The notes: generated by a model not told the origin, from the sequence alone. Shown: positions 40,999 through 54,884, counted from the stretch's first letter. The stretch is 64,000 nucleotides of DNA from an uncultured Verrucomicrobiae bacterium (GCA_963769025.1 CAVYKI010000010.1:96001-160000); one strand, 5' to 3'. Made by a program: numbers and translations.

Positions 40999-42858
40999 AT
41001 GAAACTCGCGACGCTTTTGGGGCTTGCCGCCTCCCTTTCCTGCGTTCTTTCCGCCACGGTCGCCACTGCGCAGCAGGCTCAATATTCGCATGGCGAACCG
41101 ACCGCGCTCGAACAACAGATGCTCGAATTGATCAACCGTGCGCGGATCAATCCGACGCAGGAGGGCATCATCCTCGACACGGTCAACACGTGGTACTCGA
41201 ACGATGCTCGGGCGCGAAAACCGTCGTTTTTCACGAATCTGCGCGGCGAGTTTGCCTCGTATCCGGCCGTCGCGCCCCTGGCGTTCCACTCCAAGCTCAT
41301 CCAGGCCGCCCGCGCGCATTCGCAAGACATGGTGACGCGGAATTTTTTCGCGCACGTGAATCTGAGCGGTCAGGACCCGACGGCCCGCGCCGCGGCTGCG
41401 GGTTATGATGCCGGCGTCGGCGAGAACATCGATGGCGGCGGGGCGTCCACCGCAGACGATATTTCGATGAGCCATTTCGGCTTCATGGTGGACTACGACA
41501 ACGTCGACGCCTCCCATCCCCTCGGCCACCGGCTGAACGTCCTGACTTCGAGCTACACCGAGATCGGCGTCGGCGTCGCGGGCGCGCGCTACGGCGGGAA
41601 AATCACGCAGGACTTCGGCGGCCCGACGCGGAACTACATCCTCGGCGTGGCATACTCGGACGCGAACAGCAACGGCAGCTACGACGCGACCGAGGGGCTC
41701 GCCGGGATCACCGTGCGGCCAGATTCCGGCAATTGGTACGCCGTCACGTCGAACTCGGGCGGATTCGCCATCCCGATCGACCCGGTGCAGACCGTCTCGG
41801 ACACCGTGAATGTCCCCTTTGCCGTGCAGACCACCCCGTGGGCAAGCGTGCTGCCGTACGACACCGCGTATCGCCAGCAGCAACTGGCCGCCGCACCGAA
41901 CATCACCGTGAACCTCACGTGGACCGGCGGCTCACTCGGAACGCCGAGGACCACCAGCGTCACCATCAAGCAGCCCGTGCTGCGCAATTACAAAATCAAG
42001 GGCACCGACGGCTGGTCGTATAGCATGAGCATGGTGACTTCGCAGAACGCAAAGGCGGACCTCACTCCCGCGGCCGCTTCCCTCACTCCGCCCACGCCCG
42101 CAAAAATATCGAGGGACTTCAATGGCGACGGCAAGGCCGACCTCCTTTTCCAGAACACCGCCGGGCAGATTGCCGCGTGGCACATGAGCGGGAACTCTTC
42201 CGTCGCGAGCTCCACGCTTCTCTACGGCAGCAGCCTTGGCGATTGGAAAGTGAAAGGCATCGCGGACCTGAACGGCGACGGAAAAGCCGACCTCCTCTTT
42301 CAAAACACCACCGGCCAGATCGTGGCTTGGTACATGAACGGAAATGGCGGCTTCGTCGGATCCGCCATGCTCTCCGGCAATAGCCTCGGTGACTGGAAAA
42401 TCATGGCCGTCGCGGACCTGAACGGCGACGGGAACGCAGACCTCATCTTTCAGAGCACCACGGGCCAGATCGTGGTCTGGTACGTGAACGCCAGCGGCGC
42501 CTTCTCCGGATCCGCAATGGTCTATGGCAACAGCCTTGGCGATTGGAAAATTGCCGGCGTCGCGGATCTGAACGGCGACGGGAATGCCGACCTCGTCTTC
42601 CAGAACACGTCCGGTCAGATCGCGGTCTGGTACATGAACGGTTACGGTGTCATCTCCAGATCCGCCACCCTCTACGCCAACAGTCTCGGCGAGTGGAAAA
42701 TCGCAGCCATCGCGGACTTGAATGGCGACGGCAACGCCGATCTCATTTTCCAGAATACCAGCGGCCAGATCGCGGCGTGGTACATGAATGGCAGCGGTGC
42801 CATTTCCGCGACAGCGACGCTCTATGGCAGCGGCCTCGGCGACTGGCGCCTGCGCTGA
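40999..42858 (+). CDS. Secreted CAP (SCP) domain protein with five C-terminal FG-GAP/VCBS-like repeats
   Basis: Signal peptide; LELINRAR, AARAHSQDM..RNFFAH, GENI, GHRLNVL and EIGVG; repeats DLNGDGxADLxFQN. Confidence 0.9.
   Translation: MKLATLLGLAASLSCVLSATVATAQQAQYSHGEPTALEQQMLELINRARINPTQEGIILDTVNTWYSNDARARKPSFFTNLRGEFASYPAVAPLAFHSKLIQAARAHSQDMVTRNFFAHVNLSGQDPTARAAAAGYDAGVGENIDGGGASTADDISMSHFGFMVDYDNVDASHPLGHRLNVLTSSYTEIGVGVAGARYGGKITQDFGGPTRNYILGVAYSDANSNGSYDATEGLAGITVRPDSGNWYAVTSNSGGFAIPIDPVQTVSDTVNVPFAVQTTPWASVLPYDTAYRQQQLAAAPNITVNLTWTGGSLGTPRTTSVTIKQPVLRNYKIKGTDGWSYSMSMVTSQNAKADLTPAAASLTPPTPAKISRDFNGDGKADLLFQNTAGQIAAWHMSGNSSVASSTLLYGSSLGDWKVKGIADLNGDGKADLLFQNTTGQIVAWYMNGNGGFVGSAMLSGNSLGDWKIMAVADLNGDGNADLIFQSTTGQIVVWYVNASGAFSGSAMVYGNSLGDWKIAGVADLNGDGNADLVFQNTSGQIAVWYMNGYGVISRSATLYANSLGEWKIAAIADLNGDGNADLIFQNTSGQIAAWYMNGSGAISATATLYGSGLGDWRLR
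42109..42855 (+). repeat. Five intragenic 150-bp (50-aa) FG-GAP-like repeats
   Basis: FQN/FQS codons recur at 42148, 42298, 42448, 42598 and 42748. Confidence 0.9.
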
Positions 42859-42928
42859 GACGCACGCCGAACCATCGTAACGTCGGCACCGGACTTGTCG
42901 CCCACCGCCCGCTGCGGTAACGGGCATC

Positions 42929-43750
42929 ATGTCCCAGCCGCGCCGCCGAAAGCCCGACCCGCGCAACCCGCGCTTCATCCCGGGCATCTACAACTACTGC
43001 GACCGGTGGTGCGAGCGCTGCCCGTTTTCCCACCGGTGCGCGCAATTCGCGATGCGCAGCCACGAGCGGACCGGCAATCCCCGGAAGCGCGACATCGAAA
43101 ACCGGAAGTTCTGGGAGGCGCTCGGCTCCGCGCCGGACGCCGGCACCACGGCATTGAAAGGCAAACGCCGCACGCCGAAGTCGCGGACGGCAAAGGGGGC
43201 ATCCATCGAGGCCGCCGCGGCGCATGAAAAGCACCTCGACCGGCGCGCCCGCGCGCTCGGACAGCGCGAGAGCAACGCCGCGCTGACCTACTCCCACATG
43301 GTGGACGAGTGGTTCAACAACGAGCTGCGCCTGCCGCTCCAGCACGTCCGCAACCTCGAGCGCCGCGTGGAAAAGGGCCTCACGAGCGTCGCGCACGCAA
43401 AGGGCGAACTCGTCCGGCTGAACGACTGCGTGGAAATCATCCGCTGGTACCAGGCCTTCATCTACGTGAAGATCTGCCGCGCATTCCTTTCGCTCGTCGA
43501 GGAGGAGGACGACAGCAGCCTCGCCGCCACGCGCGACTCCGCCGGTTCGGCAAAGGTCGCCCTCATCGCCATCGAGCGCAGCCTCGCCGCATGGTTGGCG
43601 ATGCGGGAGATGTTCCCCGAGGAGACGGACTCGATGCTGGAAATCCTCGTCCACCTCGACCGGCTCCGGCGCAGCGTGAAGCGGAAATTTCCCGGCGCAA
43701 AATCCTTCAGGCGTCCCGGCTTCGACGACAAGCCGCGCAAGGCCGCCTGA
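42929..43750 (+). CDS. Hypothetical protein with N-terminal Cys cluster
   Basis: IYNYCDRWCERCPFSHRC; helical remainder (GSAKVALIAI, FRRPGFD); codon usage resembles the neighbours. Confidence 0.8.
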   Translation: MSQPRRRKPDPRNPRFIPGIYNYCDRWCERCPFSHRCAQFAMRSHERTGNPRKRDIENRKFWEALGSAPDAGTTALKGKRRTPKSRTAKGASIEAAAAHEKHLDRRARALGQRESNAALTYSHMVDEWFNNELRLPLQHVRNLERRVEKGLTSVAHAKGELVRLNDCVEIIRWYQAFIYVKICRAFLSLVEEEDDSSLAATRDSAGSAKVALIAIERSLAAWLAMREMFPEETDSMLEILVHLDRLRRSVKRKFPGAKSFRRPGFDDKPRKAA

Positions 43751-43826
43751 ACCGGTCCGCCGGTGGCGTCGCGAAGAAAACTCTCGCCCTCGCCAGCGCG
43801 TCTTCCGCACTGTTCCCCACTTCTCA

Positions 43827-45647
<1,821 letters not shown>

Positions 45648-45656
45648 TTTCTGGCG

Positions 45657-46664
45657 CTACGGCGCGAGCAATCCCCGGAACGCCTCGACATACTGGCGCG
45701 CCGCATCCTCGTGGCGGAAACCACCGCGGATCGCCGCAATGCCGGCCGCGCCGAGGCGCGGCCGCACCGCCGCGTCCGATAAAGCAGACACAAGCGCGTC
45801 CCGCCAGCCGTCCTCCTTCACCACGATCCCCGCGCCGCTCCCGGCAATCCACTCGCGATTGACGCCCACATCGCTCGCCACGACCGGCACCCCGCACCGC
45901 ATGTATTGCAGCGCCTTGTAGGCGCACTTGCCGCGGCTGTGCTCATTGTCGGCGAGCGGCATGATCCCCAAGTCGAAGCCCGCGATTTCCTCGTACTCCG
46001 TCTTCTCCGACCACGGGACAAACCGCACGTGCCGGAATTTTTCAAACGCCGGCGGCGCGTTGCAGATCACGACCAGTTCAAAGGGCACGCGCGCGTACGC
46101 CTCGATGAGCGCCTGCTCGATGCCCACGAGATACGGAAGGTTGATCCCCGTCCCCACCCAGCCGACGCGCAGCGGTGAGTTCGACCGCGCTGGAACTTCC
46201 GCCTCCGGCGCCGGGACGCTCGATGGGATGACCATTGTCCGCGTCGCCGGAGCTGTCGCCCGCACGCGGTTTTCGAGGATCGGATTCCCGCAGATCGCGA
46301 GGTCCACCCGCTTCATGAAACGCGCAAAGCGCCGCTGCAGCTTGTTGCTCGGCTTCGCGTCGCCCTCGCGGTTGCGCAGCCACACCGAGTCGTCAAAGTC
46401 GAACACCAGCCGCTTCATCCGCCAACGCAGGATCGCGCCTTCGAGCACGCTCGGCAGCCTTTTCTGCACGAGGAGGATGTCCGCATCGCGCAGCCGCGGA
46501 CCCACGCGCATCCATTCGCGGAGCGAGTCGGGATATTCCTCCACGCCCGTCCGGAAATCCACCGCGTGAAAAAACGGGAGCAGATTCAGGATGCGCACGC
46601 GCGTGCTCGGAGCCGTCTGGCCCTGGATCAGGAAAGTGATTTTCGGCGCGGGTGGCGGCGGCAT
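45657..46664 (-). CDS. GT4-like glycosyltransferase
   Basis: STRVR, VFDFDDSVW, VGWVGT, DLGIMPL and GKCAYKALQYMRCGVPVVASDVG. Confidence 0.88.
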   Translation of the reverse strand: MPPPPAPKITFLIQGQTAPSTRVRILNLLPFFHAVDFRTGVEEYPDSLREWMRVGPRLRDADILLVQKRLPSVLEGAILRWRMKRLVFDFDDSVWLRNREGDAKPSNKLQRRFARFMKRVDLAICGNPILENRVRATAPATRTMVIPSSVPAPEAEVPARSNSPLRVGWVGTGINLPYLVGIEQALIEAYARVPFELVVICNAPPAFEKFRHVRFVPWSEKTEYEEIAGFDLGIMPLADNEHSRGKCAYKALQYMRCGVPVVASDVGVNREWIAGSGAGIVVKEDGWRDALVSALSDAAVRPRLGAAGIAAIRGGFRHEDAARQYVEAFRGLLAP

Positions 46665-46679
46665 GGGAACTCCCGGCGT

Positions 46680-47739
46680 TTACACCGTCTCCGCCTTCGA
46701 TGTCGGCACGGCGGATGCAGGGACGTCCCGCGCGATCTCCCTCGCAGCAGCCTCCACCTGCCGCACCGTCACGCGCAGGATCGGATTTTCGACGCCGACC
46801 ATCTCCGCCGGCCACTCCTCCATTTCGCCGAGCCCCGCAAGCACTCGGTTGGCCACCTGCCAAGGCTTCCATTGCACGACCGAGCTCAGCCCGAAAATCG
46901 CCACGGTCGGACACTGGCACGCCGCCGCGAGATGCATCGCCGCCGTGTCCACACCCACGAAGACCCGCGCGGAAAAAAGCAGCTCCGCCAGTTGCGCCCA
47001 GCCCAGCTTCCCCTGCGTGCTGAACGCCTCCCCGCCAATTCCCGCCGCGATGCGGTCGCCCAGTTCAATCTCCTCCTCCGCAGGCCCGACGCTCACGACG
47101 ATCGGTTTTCCGTCCGCCCTTAGCGCGCGTCCCAATTCGATCCAGCGCTCCTCCGGCCAGAATTTCTCCACCATCCGCGTCGCCGGATGAAACACCACGC
47201 AGCCACGGCCGGCCCGCTCCGATGCCCACGACGTGACGGCCCGCTCGCGCGCAAAACACAGCGACCCCGGCCCGTCGCCGAGCTCCAGCGCGTGCATGAC
47301 GGTGAAAAAATCCTTCTCCGCGCGATGCCGGTAGCGCCACTCAAAATGCGAGACGCTTTTGAAAACCAGGCTTCCAGATTCGCGGCAGCTTGATGAGCGA
47401 ATCATTCGTGCAGCGCACATCCGCCCGCGCGAGCGCGCAGACCCAGCGACCGCGATCGCCGTCACTCAGCTCGAATGCGTAATCAAATTTCTTCCGGCGC
47501 AGTTCGGCGATCGTGCGCGCCTCCTCGAGCCAGTTCAGGGCAGACCGCCGGCTCCCCTCCGGCGCGGCCGCCGTCAGTATTCGGTCAATCGCCGGGCATC
47601 CCGCGAGGATTCCCTCCGTCCCCTTTCGCACGACCACGGTGATCTCCGCGTCCGGATACCGTGCGCGGATCGCCATGATCACCGGCGTCATCAGCAATGC
47701 ATCGCCGATGTGCTTGAGCTTGGTGAGAAGGATTCGCAT
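46680..47739 (-). CDS. GT9 LPS heptosyltransferase-like protein (WaaQ-type), frameshifted near 47370
   Basis: MRILLTKLKHIGDALLMTP is in one frame; FHPATR..KFWP, FVGVDTAAMHLAAA and PTVAIFG are in the next. Confidence 0.87.
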
Positions 47740-47759
47740 CGAGGTAAGGTCCGCCGTGG

Positions 47760-49466
47760 TCAGCGCGGATAGGGAAGCAGCTTTGTGCCGCTCGGTGTCC
47801 ACGTCGAGCAGCCACACGCGGCGGTCCTTGAAATATTCGAGCAGCCTCGCGTTGTGCGCCGCATCCATCTCGCGGGCCCAGAGGATTTCCGAGCCATCAA
47901 GGTCCACGCCATTCCGCGTCCAGTCGCGATATCCGAAGGACGGCGTGTTCGCGACATTCGGCGCGTAGCGGATGACGATGAGATGCCTCCCGCCCTCGCG
48001 GTGAAGCTGATCGACGATCTGCTGGCGCTGCGCCCACCAGCCGTCGGGATATTGCGCCGCGACATCGCGCCCGGTCGCAAGCACCGACACCGCGCAGAGG
48101 ATCACCGAGCCGCGCGCGAGGAAAAGCCCGGCCGGCTTTCCATGCCAGCGCCACGTGCGCAGATGCCGCATGCACTGCACGGCTGAGAAAAAGAACAGGC
48201 CAAACACCGGCGCCGCGTAGTGGAAGAACGTCCAGTTCACCAGCAGCAGCGCCGCGAAGAAGACGAGCGTGAACACGAGCGCGAACTTCATCCACCCGTC
48301 GCGCCGCAACGCCCACGGGAGCGCGACGAGCGAGAGCGTGAGAAACCAGAGGCGCATGTCGCCGCGGAGCAGCCGCCACGTGCGCTCGATGAGTCCGGTC
48401 GCGAGTCCCTTCAGCGCCGATCTGCTTTGAGTAACCGCGATATTCCCAGCCGGTGTGGAAATCCCGGATGTCCGCATGGCGGTACACGGGCATCGGCGGC
48501 GCTGTCTGCCAGATGAAAATCGGCGCGGCCATGTACTGCGCGACGTGGATTTGATACGGCATCGTCAGCGGGTTGCCCGTGACACGGCTGTTGTAAAATC
48601 CGAGCCACGCCGCAGCGACGCAAAGCAACGCGGCGGCAGGCAACACCACCCGCACCACGAGTTCGCGCAGCGCGATCCTTTTGCGAAACGCCGCGACGAG
48701 CATCACGATCCCGAGCAGCAGCGTGAGCACGCCGCCTTCGTACGGACGGGTGAAAAGCAGCACCGCGACACCCGACGCCATCAGCAGGCCGTCGCGGACG
48801 CGCGGCCTGTTCATCACGCGGCGGAATGCGCCGATGGCCAGCGCGCCGCCCGCGAGCGCGAGGCAGCCGCCCCAGTAGCGCTGACTCCACATCAGCACCT
48901 CCGGATGCACGGCGGAGAGAAATCCGCCGAGCAGGGCCCAGCGCGCCGGGAGCCAGGCCATGAGCATCCACGTGATCGCGGCGCAGGCGAGCGCGGCGCC
49001 GAGCCAGACGCCGACGATGGGATGCGCGATCACTTTTCCCAGCGCGAGCAGGAGCCCCTGGCCGGGCGGATACTTCGACGAATAGGTCGGCTGCTGCAGC
49101 ACGTGGAATGTCTCGAAGTGCTCCCACATCGGGATGCGGCGGGTTCGCGAGCCGGCCGTGCGTGAATGTGTCCGCCGCGAACAGGTAGCTGAACTCGTCG
49201 TCCACCTTCGGCATCGGCACCCCGATGACCGCCGCCATCGCCGCGACGACGCCAAACGCGGTGAGTCCCACCATAAAAATTGCGAGCCCGCGGCGACGCG
49301 CCAGCGCGGCGGCGGCACGCTCGAATGGACGCATCCAGCGAAGCCCGCGATGCGGCGCGAAAAATGCCAGCGCGAGCAGCAGCGCGATGCCGATGCCGTA
49401 GAACAAAATCTCCGGCCCACTGCGACCGAGACCGGCGGCGAGCGGGAGATGTTGGAAAGGCATCAC
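47760..49466 (-). CDS. Multi-pass membrane protein, probable GT-C-type glycosyltransferase, with frameshifts near 49132, 48421 and probably 47795
   Basis: First loop DDEFSY...GRLANP, then SKYPPG, many TM helices, TRPYEG and YNSRVTGNP. The C-terminal part has HLIVIRY...ILWAR...RRVW. The segments lie in successive frames. Confidence 0.7.
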
Positions 49467-49552
49467 GCTCCTTTGAATGAAAGGGCGCGCGCGGTCATCT
49501 GGAAAAATCGCACGGCGGCGGGCGGCGGGTCGTCGGGACGCCAGCGTTCCAC

Positions 49553-52500
49553 TTACAAGCGCGTGACCGTCTCGTGGAGATTGAGGATTGCCCGCGCCAC
49601 GGCGGTGTAGGCGGCGAGATCGACCGTCTGCACGTCAGCCGGAACGGGAGCGAAGCCGACTTTCGTGATTTCCCCGGCTGCGTTTGGATCCTTCTCGATG
49701 ACGGAACGCTGCCGATCGAGGAGGCTGCGCAGCGTCGCGATCTCCACGGGCTTCGCTGCGCGACCGGTGGCTTCGCGCCATGCCCACGCGATGCGCGACT
49801 CGGGGGTCGGGCCGCCTTCCTTCAAAATCCTCGCGGCAAATGCTCGGGCGGCCTCGACGAATTCCGGATCGTTCAGGAGCACGAGCGCCTGCTGCGGGAT
49901 GTTCGAGCGCGTGCGGTCTGCGGCGCACTCCTCGCGCGTCGGCGCGTCGAAGGCGAGCATCGCGGGATGCACGTAACTGCGCTGCCACCACGTGTAGAGG
50001 CCGCGGCGCCACTGGTTCTCGTTGTTGTCCGCCTCCCACTTGCGCACGGGAAAGTTGAGGTTCTCCCAGTAGCCGTCGGGCTGGTACGGCTTCACGCTCG
50101 GGCCGCCGAGTTTCTGCACGAGGAGGCCGGAAATGCTCAGTGCGTTGTCGCGGACGAATTCCGCATCGAGCCGCCAGCGGCCCTGACGGGCGAGGTCGCG
50201 GTTGTCGGGATCGCGCGCGAGCAGGTCCTTCGGCGCGATGCTCGACTGCCGGTAGGTGCCGCTCTCGGTCATCAGCCGGACCATGTGTTTCACGTCCCAT
50301 CCGGAGTCCATGAACTCGACGGCGAGCCAGTCGAGCAGCGGCTGGTTTGGCGGCACCTCGCCCTGCGTGCCGAGGTCCTCGAGCGTCTTCACGAGGCCGA
50401 TGCCGTAAAATTGTTTCCACAGCCGGTTCACAAAAGTGCGAGCGGTGAGCGGATTGCCGCGGCTCACAACCCAGTTTGCGAGGTCGAGCCGTGAAAGGCG
50501 CGCGCCCTCGGCGGGCTTCGGCGCGCCGGGGAGGTAGCCGGGCGTCGCGGGCGAGACGATGTCGCCCTTGTCGTTCATCCAGTCGCCACGCGGCAGGATG
50601 CGCACCGTGCGATACTGCTCGCTGTGCTCGGAGACGATGCAGCGTGCGATGGTCTTCTCGAAATTCGCGCGCTCCACCTGCGCGTCGGCGATCTTTTTGC
50701 GCAGCGGCGCGAGTTGCGGCGAGACGGTCCGGAAATGCTTCGCGAGCTTCACGCGCTGATCCGGCTTGCGCTGATCGGCGGGGATTTCAATCAGCGCGAC
50801 GATGTCCGGCGGATATTCCATCTGCGGCGCGCGGATCGGCTTCGGTGCTTCCGTGGTGAGGATGCGGAATTTTCCGAGCGTATGCCGGTCGCCGTAAATC
50901 TGCCGCAGCTCGAACACGACCGTCTTTTCGCCGGTCAGCGGTGCCGCCAGTTCGAAATATGCGGACGCATCGCGGCCCGTGTTGCCGAGGACCGCCCAGC
51001 CGTTCTTCGCGTCGTTCGCCTTGCCGTCGATCGCCTGCGCAACCGGGAGGCCCTTCTGCTCGAAGGTCGCCGTCGCGCCGGCGATCTTCACCGGCTTGTT
51101 GTCGAGCTTCACGGTGAATTCGTTCAGCACGAAATTCCCATTCCCGCCGCGACCAGGGCCTTTCGACGGCAGCGAATCATCTGCGAGCGCGTCGAGCTTC
51201 ATGCCGGTGATCGTACCCGCGGGCAGCTTTGCCGTGATGAAAAATGTGTCCGACGCTGCCGCGCTGTCCGCCTTGTTTTCGATGATCCCGCCGTCGCGCA
51301 CCTCCAGCTTCGAGCCGCGGTCGGCGTGGACTTTCTCCGGTGTCAGCACGGTCCACGGCACGTCCGCCTTGCCGCTGGCTGCGCGCTTTTCCCACTCCGA
51401 CTGCTGGCGGTCGCGCTCGGCGCCCGGCGCGTCGAGCTCCACCTGCAGTGCGACGATGCGCGTGTCGAATTCCTTCAGCCGCGCCTCCTGCTCCGGCGTC
51501 GCCACGGGCATCCCCTCTTCGCGGCGGCCGATGGCGCTCTCCTTGATGTCCGCAAAAAACGCACCGAGGCTGTAGAAGTCGCGCGTGGTGAACGGATCGA
51601 ATTTGTGGTCGTGGCACTCGGCGCACATGAAGGTCTGCGCGAGCCACGTCGTGCCGATGCTTTTCACGCGGTCGGTGACGGATTTCGCCTCGTATTCCTT
51701 CGCCTGCGCGCCGCCTTCCTCGGTGGTCAAAGTGAGACGGTTGTAGGCGCTGGCGACCTTTTGCTCCTGCGTCGCACCGGGCAGCAGATCGCCTGCGACC
51801 TGCTCGACGGTGAAGCGGTCGAAGGGCTTGTTCGCGTTGAACGCACGGATGACGTAGTCGCGATACGGCCAGACGTTGCGCGGGTTGTCCGAGTGGTAGC
51901 CGGCGGTGTCGGCGAAACGCACGAGGTCCAGCCACCACACGGCCATGCGCTCGCCGTAATGCTCGGACGCGAGCAGCCGATCCACGAGCCGTTCATACGC
52001 ATCGGGGCGCGTGTCTTTTGCAAAAGCGTCCACGTCGCCCTGCGTCGGCGGCAAGCCGGTGAGATCAAGATGCAGCCTGCGGACGAGGGTCGCCCGGTCT
52101 GCCTCCGGCGCGTGCGCGAGCCCCGCTGCCTGCTGGCGCGCGAGCACGAAGGCGTCGATCGGATTGCGCGAAAAGCCGTCCTTTTTCTCCGGAGGCACCG
52201 CCGGGCGCATGGGCGCGATGTAGGCCCAGTGCGGCTCGTATTCCGCGCCTTGCTCGATCCATTTCCGGATGACCTCCCTATCCCGCGCCGAGAGCTGCCG
52301 GTGCTCCTTCTTCGGAGGCATCACGTCGTCCTCGTCCTTGGTGTTGATGCGCTTCCAGATTTCGCTCTCTTCCGGCTTGCCGGGGACGATGGGGAAAATG
52401 CCGTCGATCTTCGCGAGCGCCGCCTCGCGCACATCGAGCCGCAGGTCCGCCTCGCGCGTATTCTTGTCGAAGCCGTGGCATTTGAAGCACGTATCCGCAA

Positions 52501-52603
52501 GGATGGGCCGCACGTCGCGGTTGTACGCGATTTTCGCCGGAACCGGAGCATCCGCCGCGAACGCGGTAGAAATGAGAAGAGGTGCGAGGAGGGCGCGTTT
52601 CAC
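49553..52603 (-). CDS. Second planctomycete cytochrome c / DUF1549 / DUF1553 protein
   Basis: GTG start with signal; [37 protein letters not shown] and RLDAEFVRD; ends [11 protein letters not shown]. Confidence 0.92.
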   Translation of the reverse strand: MKRALLAPLLISTAFAADAPVPAKIAYNRDVRPILADTCFKCHGFDKNTREADLRLDVREAALAKIDGIFPIVPGKPEESEIWKRINTKDEDDVMPPKKEHRQLSARDREVIRKWIEQGAEYEPHWAYIAPMRPAVPPEKKDGFSRNPIDAFVLARQQAAGLAHAPEADRATLVRRLHLDLTGLPPTQGDVDAFAKDTRPDAYERLVDRLLASEHYGERMAVWWLDLVRFADTAGYHSDNPRNVWPYRDYVIRAFNANKPFDRFTVEQVAGDLLPGATQEQKVASAYNRLTLTTEEGGAQAKEYEAKSVTDRVKSIGTTWLAQTFMCAECHDHKFDPFTTRDFYSLGAFFADIKESAIGRREEGMPVATPEQEARLKEFDTRIVALQVELDAPGAERDRQQSEWEKRAASGKADVPWTVLTPEKVHADRGSKLEVRDGGIIENKADSAAASDTFFITAKLPAGTITGMKLDALADDSLPSKGPGRGGNGNFVLNEFTVKLDNKPVKIAGATATFEQKGLPVAQAIDGKANDAKNGWAVLGNTGRDASAYFELAAPLTGEKTVVFELRQIYGDRHTLGKFRILTTEAPKPIRAPQMEYPPDIVALIEIPADQRKPDQRVKLAKHFRTVSPQLAPLRKKIADAQVERANFEKTIARCIVSEHSEQYRTVRILPRGDWMNDKGDIVSPATPGYLPGAPKPAEGARLSRLDLANWVVSRGNPLTARTFVNRLWKQFYGIGLVKTLEDLGTQGEVPPNQPLLDWLAVEFMDSGWDVKHMVRLMTESGTYRQSSIAPKDLLARDPDNRDLARQGRWRLDAEFVRDNALSISGLLVQKLGGPSVKPYQPDGYWENLNFPVRKWEADNNENQWRRGLYTWWQRSYVHPAMLAFDAPTREECAADRTRSNIPQQALVLLNDPEFVEAARAFAARILKEGGPTPESRIAWAWREATGRAAKPVEIATLRSLLDRQRSVIEKDPNAAGEITKVGFAPVPADVQTVDLAAYTAVARAILNLHETVTRL

Positions 52604-52845
52604 GAGGGGAATCTTTGCGATGCCGGGAGAATACGCAAGACGGCGATGGAGAAGGCTCGGCATTGAAAATGGGGGCACCGTGCTTCACAACGCATCCGAG
52701 TGAGCGGACCGTTTATCGCGGGCGATGGCGTCTGTTCCAGCGAGCGAGGACCCGCGCGTAACCGGCAGAATAATCAGTTTATTGCCGCGCTCGAAGGCCA
52801 AGAATCAGTTGCCGAGGTGAAAACGTTGCGTAGCTTCGCCGCCCC

Positions 52846-54762
52846 ATGCGCCTTCTCCCTTCGCTCCTTGTCGCCATGATCGCCCTCGCCGGGCCGCTCT
52901 TTGCACAGAACAACGACCCCATCACGCTCGTTGGTTCCATCCCCAGCAAGTCGATCGTGCAGCCCGTGGCCTCTCCGGCGATCGATCTCCGGTCTTACTT
53001 TGACGTCCCGACCCTCGCTGGAAAACAGGTGGTGCAGTTCAACACGCGGGGATTGCCGGGAGGCGGCATTTTCAATGTGGTGATGGACTCCGTCAACGCG
53101 CCCAACACGGTCGCCAATTTTCTGGCATACGCGAACGCCGGCAGTTTCACGAACAGCCTCATCCACCGGTCGAACCCGAACTACCGCATCATCCAAGGCG
53201 GCGGATTCGTGAACAACAACACGTTCCTCTCCTACATCGGCACGGTTGCGCCCGTCGCAATGGAAACCTCGGCCTCGATGGTCCATGAACGCGGCACGAT
53301 CGCCATGGCGCGGTCGGACTATTATCAGTCGGGTTTCACGCTCGATACAGCCACCAGCCAATGGTTCATCAATACCGCCGACAACACCGGAACCTGGGAT
53401 CCGGCGAGCGCGAACACTCCCAACAGTTATGCCGCGTTTGGCCGCGTCACCGGCACGGGCATGACGGTCGTGGATGCCATCGCGGCGCTCCCGGTGCCGA
53501 GCGGGGTCCTCACCGTATCGAGCAGCGCGACCAACAGCAAATTCGTCACCGTGAACACCAGCACCCTGCCCGCGGGATTCGGGGCCGGCTGGGGGCTGCT
53601 CGGCTCGAACGTTAACAGCATCGTCGGAAGCTTCGTCACCCTTCAGGACAACGCCAATCAGAATATCAGCACGGCAACGCCGGTTGCGTGGCAGAGGCTG
53701 AGCGCCCCGCTCAATGAACTGCCGGTCCTCAGCCCTCTCCCGGCCGACAACACTCTCTTCTATTCCAACCTGGTCACCGAGAACAGCATCTCGGTGGTGC
53801 CCCTTTTTCCCGCCACGGCGGGCGGGGCGGCTGTGGTCACATTTTCTGCGACGAGTTCGAATCCCGGGCTCGTCAATGTCTCGATCAGCGGGAGCAATTT
53901 GAGTGTCGCCGCGGCGGCAAACCTGACCGGTGCGGCGACCGTCACCGTGACTGCGACGGACTCCAACGGAAACTCGGTCCAATCCCAGTTCAACGTCTCC
54001 GTGACGCGCAAGGTCTTGGATTACAACAGCGACGGACACGCCGACCTTCTCTTGCAGAATGGGAGCGGGCAGGTCGTCCTGTGGCGGATGAATGGCAACG
54101 CCGGCGTCGCCAGCTCGGCCTACCTGTATTCCGGCGGCCTCGGCGATTGGTACCTGGCGGCCACCGCAGATATCGATGCCAACGGCACGTCCGATCTCAT
54201 CTTCCAAAACACCATCGGGCAGATCGCCGTATGGCGCATGAATAGCAACGGAAGCATCGCCAGCTCCACCTACCTCTCCAGCAGCGGCCTCGGCGAGTGG
54301 AAAATCGTGGGCACTGCGGACCTCAACCGCGACGGTTATCCCGACGTGGTTTTCCAGAATAACTCGAACCAGATTTTTGTGTGGTATCTTAACGCCAGCG
54401 GCGCGGTTGCCGCGTCCGGATACCTTTACAGCGGCGGTCTCGGCGACTGGCGGGTGCGCGGCTTGGCGGACGTAAACAGCGACGGCAGGCCCGACTTGAT
54501 TTTCCAAAATACGTCCGGCCAGATCGTGGTCTGGTACCTGAGCAGCACGGGCGCCGTGACGTCATCCGCATACATCTCGAGCAGCGGCCTCGGGGAGTGG
54601 AAGATCGTGAGCATCGCCGACATGAATGGCGACGGGAAAGCCGACCTGATTCTTCAGAATACCGCCGGCCAGACCTTGGTATGGTATCTGAACGGAAACG
54701 GCGTGGTCTCCGGTTCCGCATGGATCTCGTCGAGTGGCCTGGGCGACTGGCGAGTGCGTTGA
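52846..54762 (+). CDS. Secreted cyclophilin-type PPIase with Ig-like segment and five C-terminal FG-GAP-like repeats
   Basis: APNTVANFLAY, IHRS...IIQGGGF, RGTIAMAR, ATSQWFIN and YAAFGRV; repeats DxNxDGxxDLIFQN. Confidence 0.88.
   Translation: MRLLPSLLVAMIALAGPLFAQNNDPITLVGSIPSKSIVQPVASPAIDLRSYFDVPTLAGKQVVQFNTRGLPGGGIFNVVMDSVNAPNTVANFLAYANAGSFTNSLIHRSNPNYRIIQGGGFVNNNTFLSYIGTVAPVAMETSASMVHERGTIAMARSDYYQSGFTLDTATSQWFINTADNTGTWDPASANTPNSYAAFGRVTGTGMTVVDAIAALPVPSGVLTVSSSATNSKFVTVNTSTLPAGFGAGWGLLGSNVNSIVGSFVTLQDNANQNISTATPVAWQRLSAPLNELPVLSPLPADNTLFYSNLVTENSISVVPLFPATAGGAAVVTFSATSSNPGLVNVSISGSNLSVAAAANLTGAATVTVTATDSNGNSVQSQFNVSVTRKVLDYNSDGHADLLLQNGSGQVVLWRMNGNAGVASSAYLYSGGLGDWYLAATADIDANGTSDLIFQNTIGQIAVWRMNSNGSIASSTYLSSSGLGEWKIVGTADLNRDGYPDVVFQNNSNQIFVWYLNASGAVAASGYLYSGGLGDWRVRGLADVNSDGRPDLIFQNTSGQIVVWYLSSTGAVTSSAYISSSGLGEWKIVSIADMNGDGKADLILQNTAGQTLVWYLNGNGVVSGSAWISSSGLGDWRVR
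54013..54759 (+). repeat. Five intragenic 150-bp (50-aa) FG-GAP-like repeats
   Basis: [LF]QN codons recur at 54052, 54202, 54352, 54502 and 54652. Confidence 0.9.
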
Positions 54763-54884
54763 TCCGCACAACCCGCGCTCGCGCGGCCTCCCTTCGGCAC
54801 CACTTTCAGGCTTCCGGCTTCGGGCTCTCCCGAACCGCATTCGACAGTCGTCTGTGCCGCTGTTGCGCGACTGCGCCCGGAGCC

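Noticed and set aside
47341..48477. Membrane protein-heptosyltransferase fusion ORF
   Set aside because: Better explained by an indel near 47795; a natural stop (LLPYPR*) lies at 47760 and the GT9 has its own ATG at 47739.
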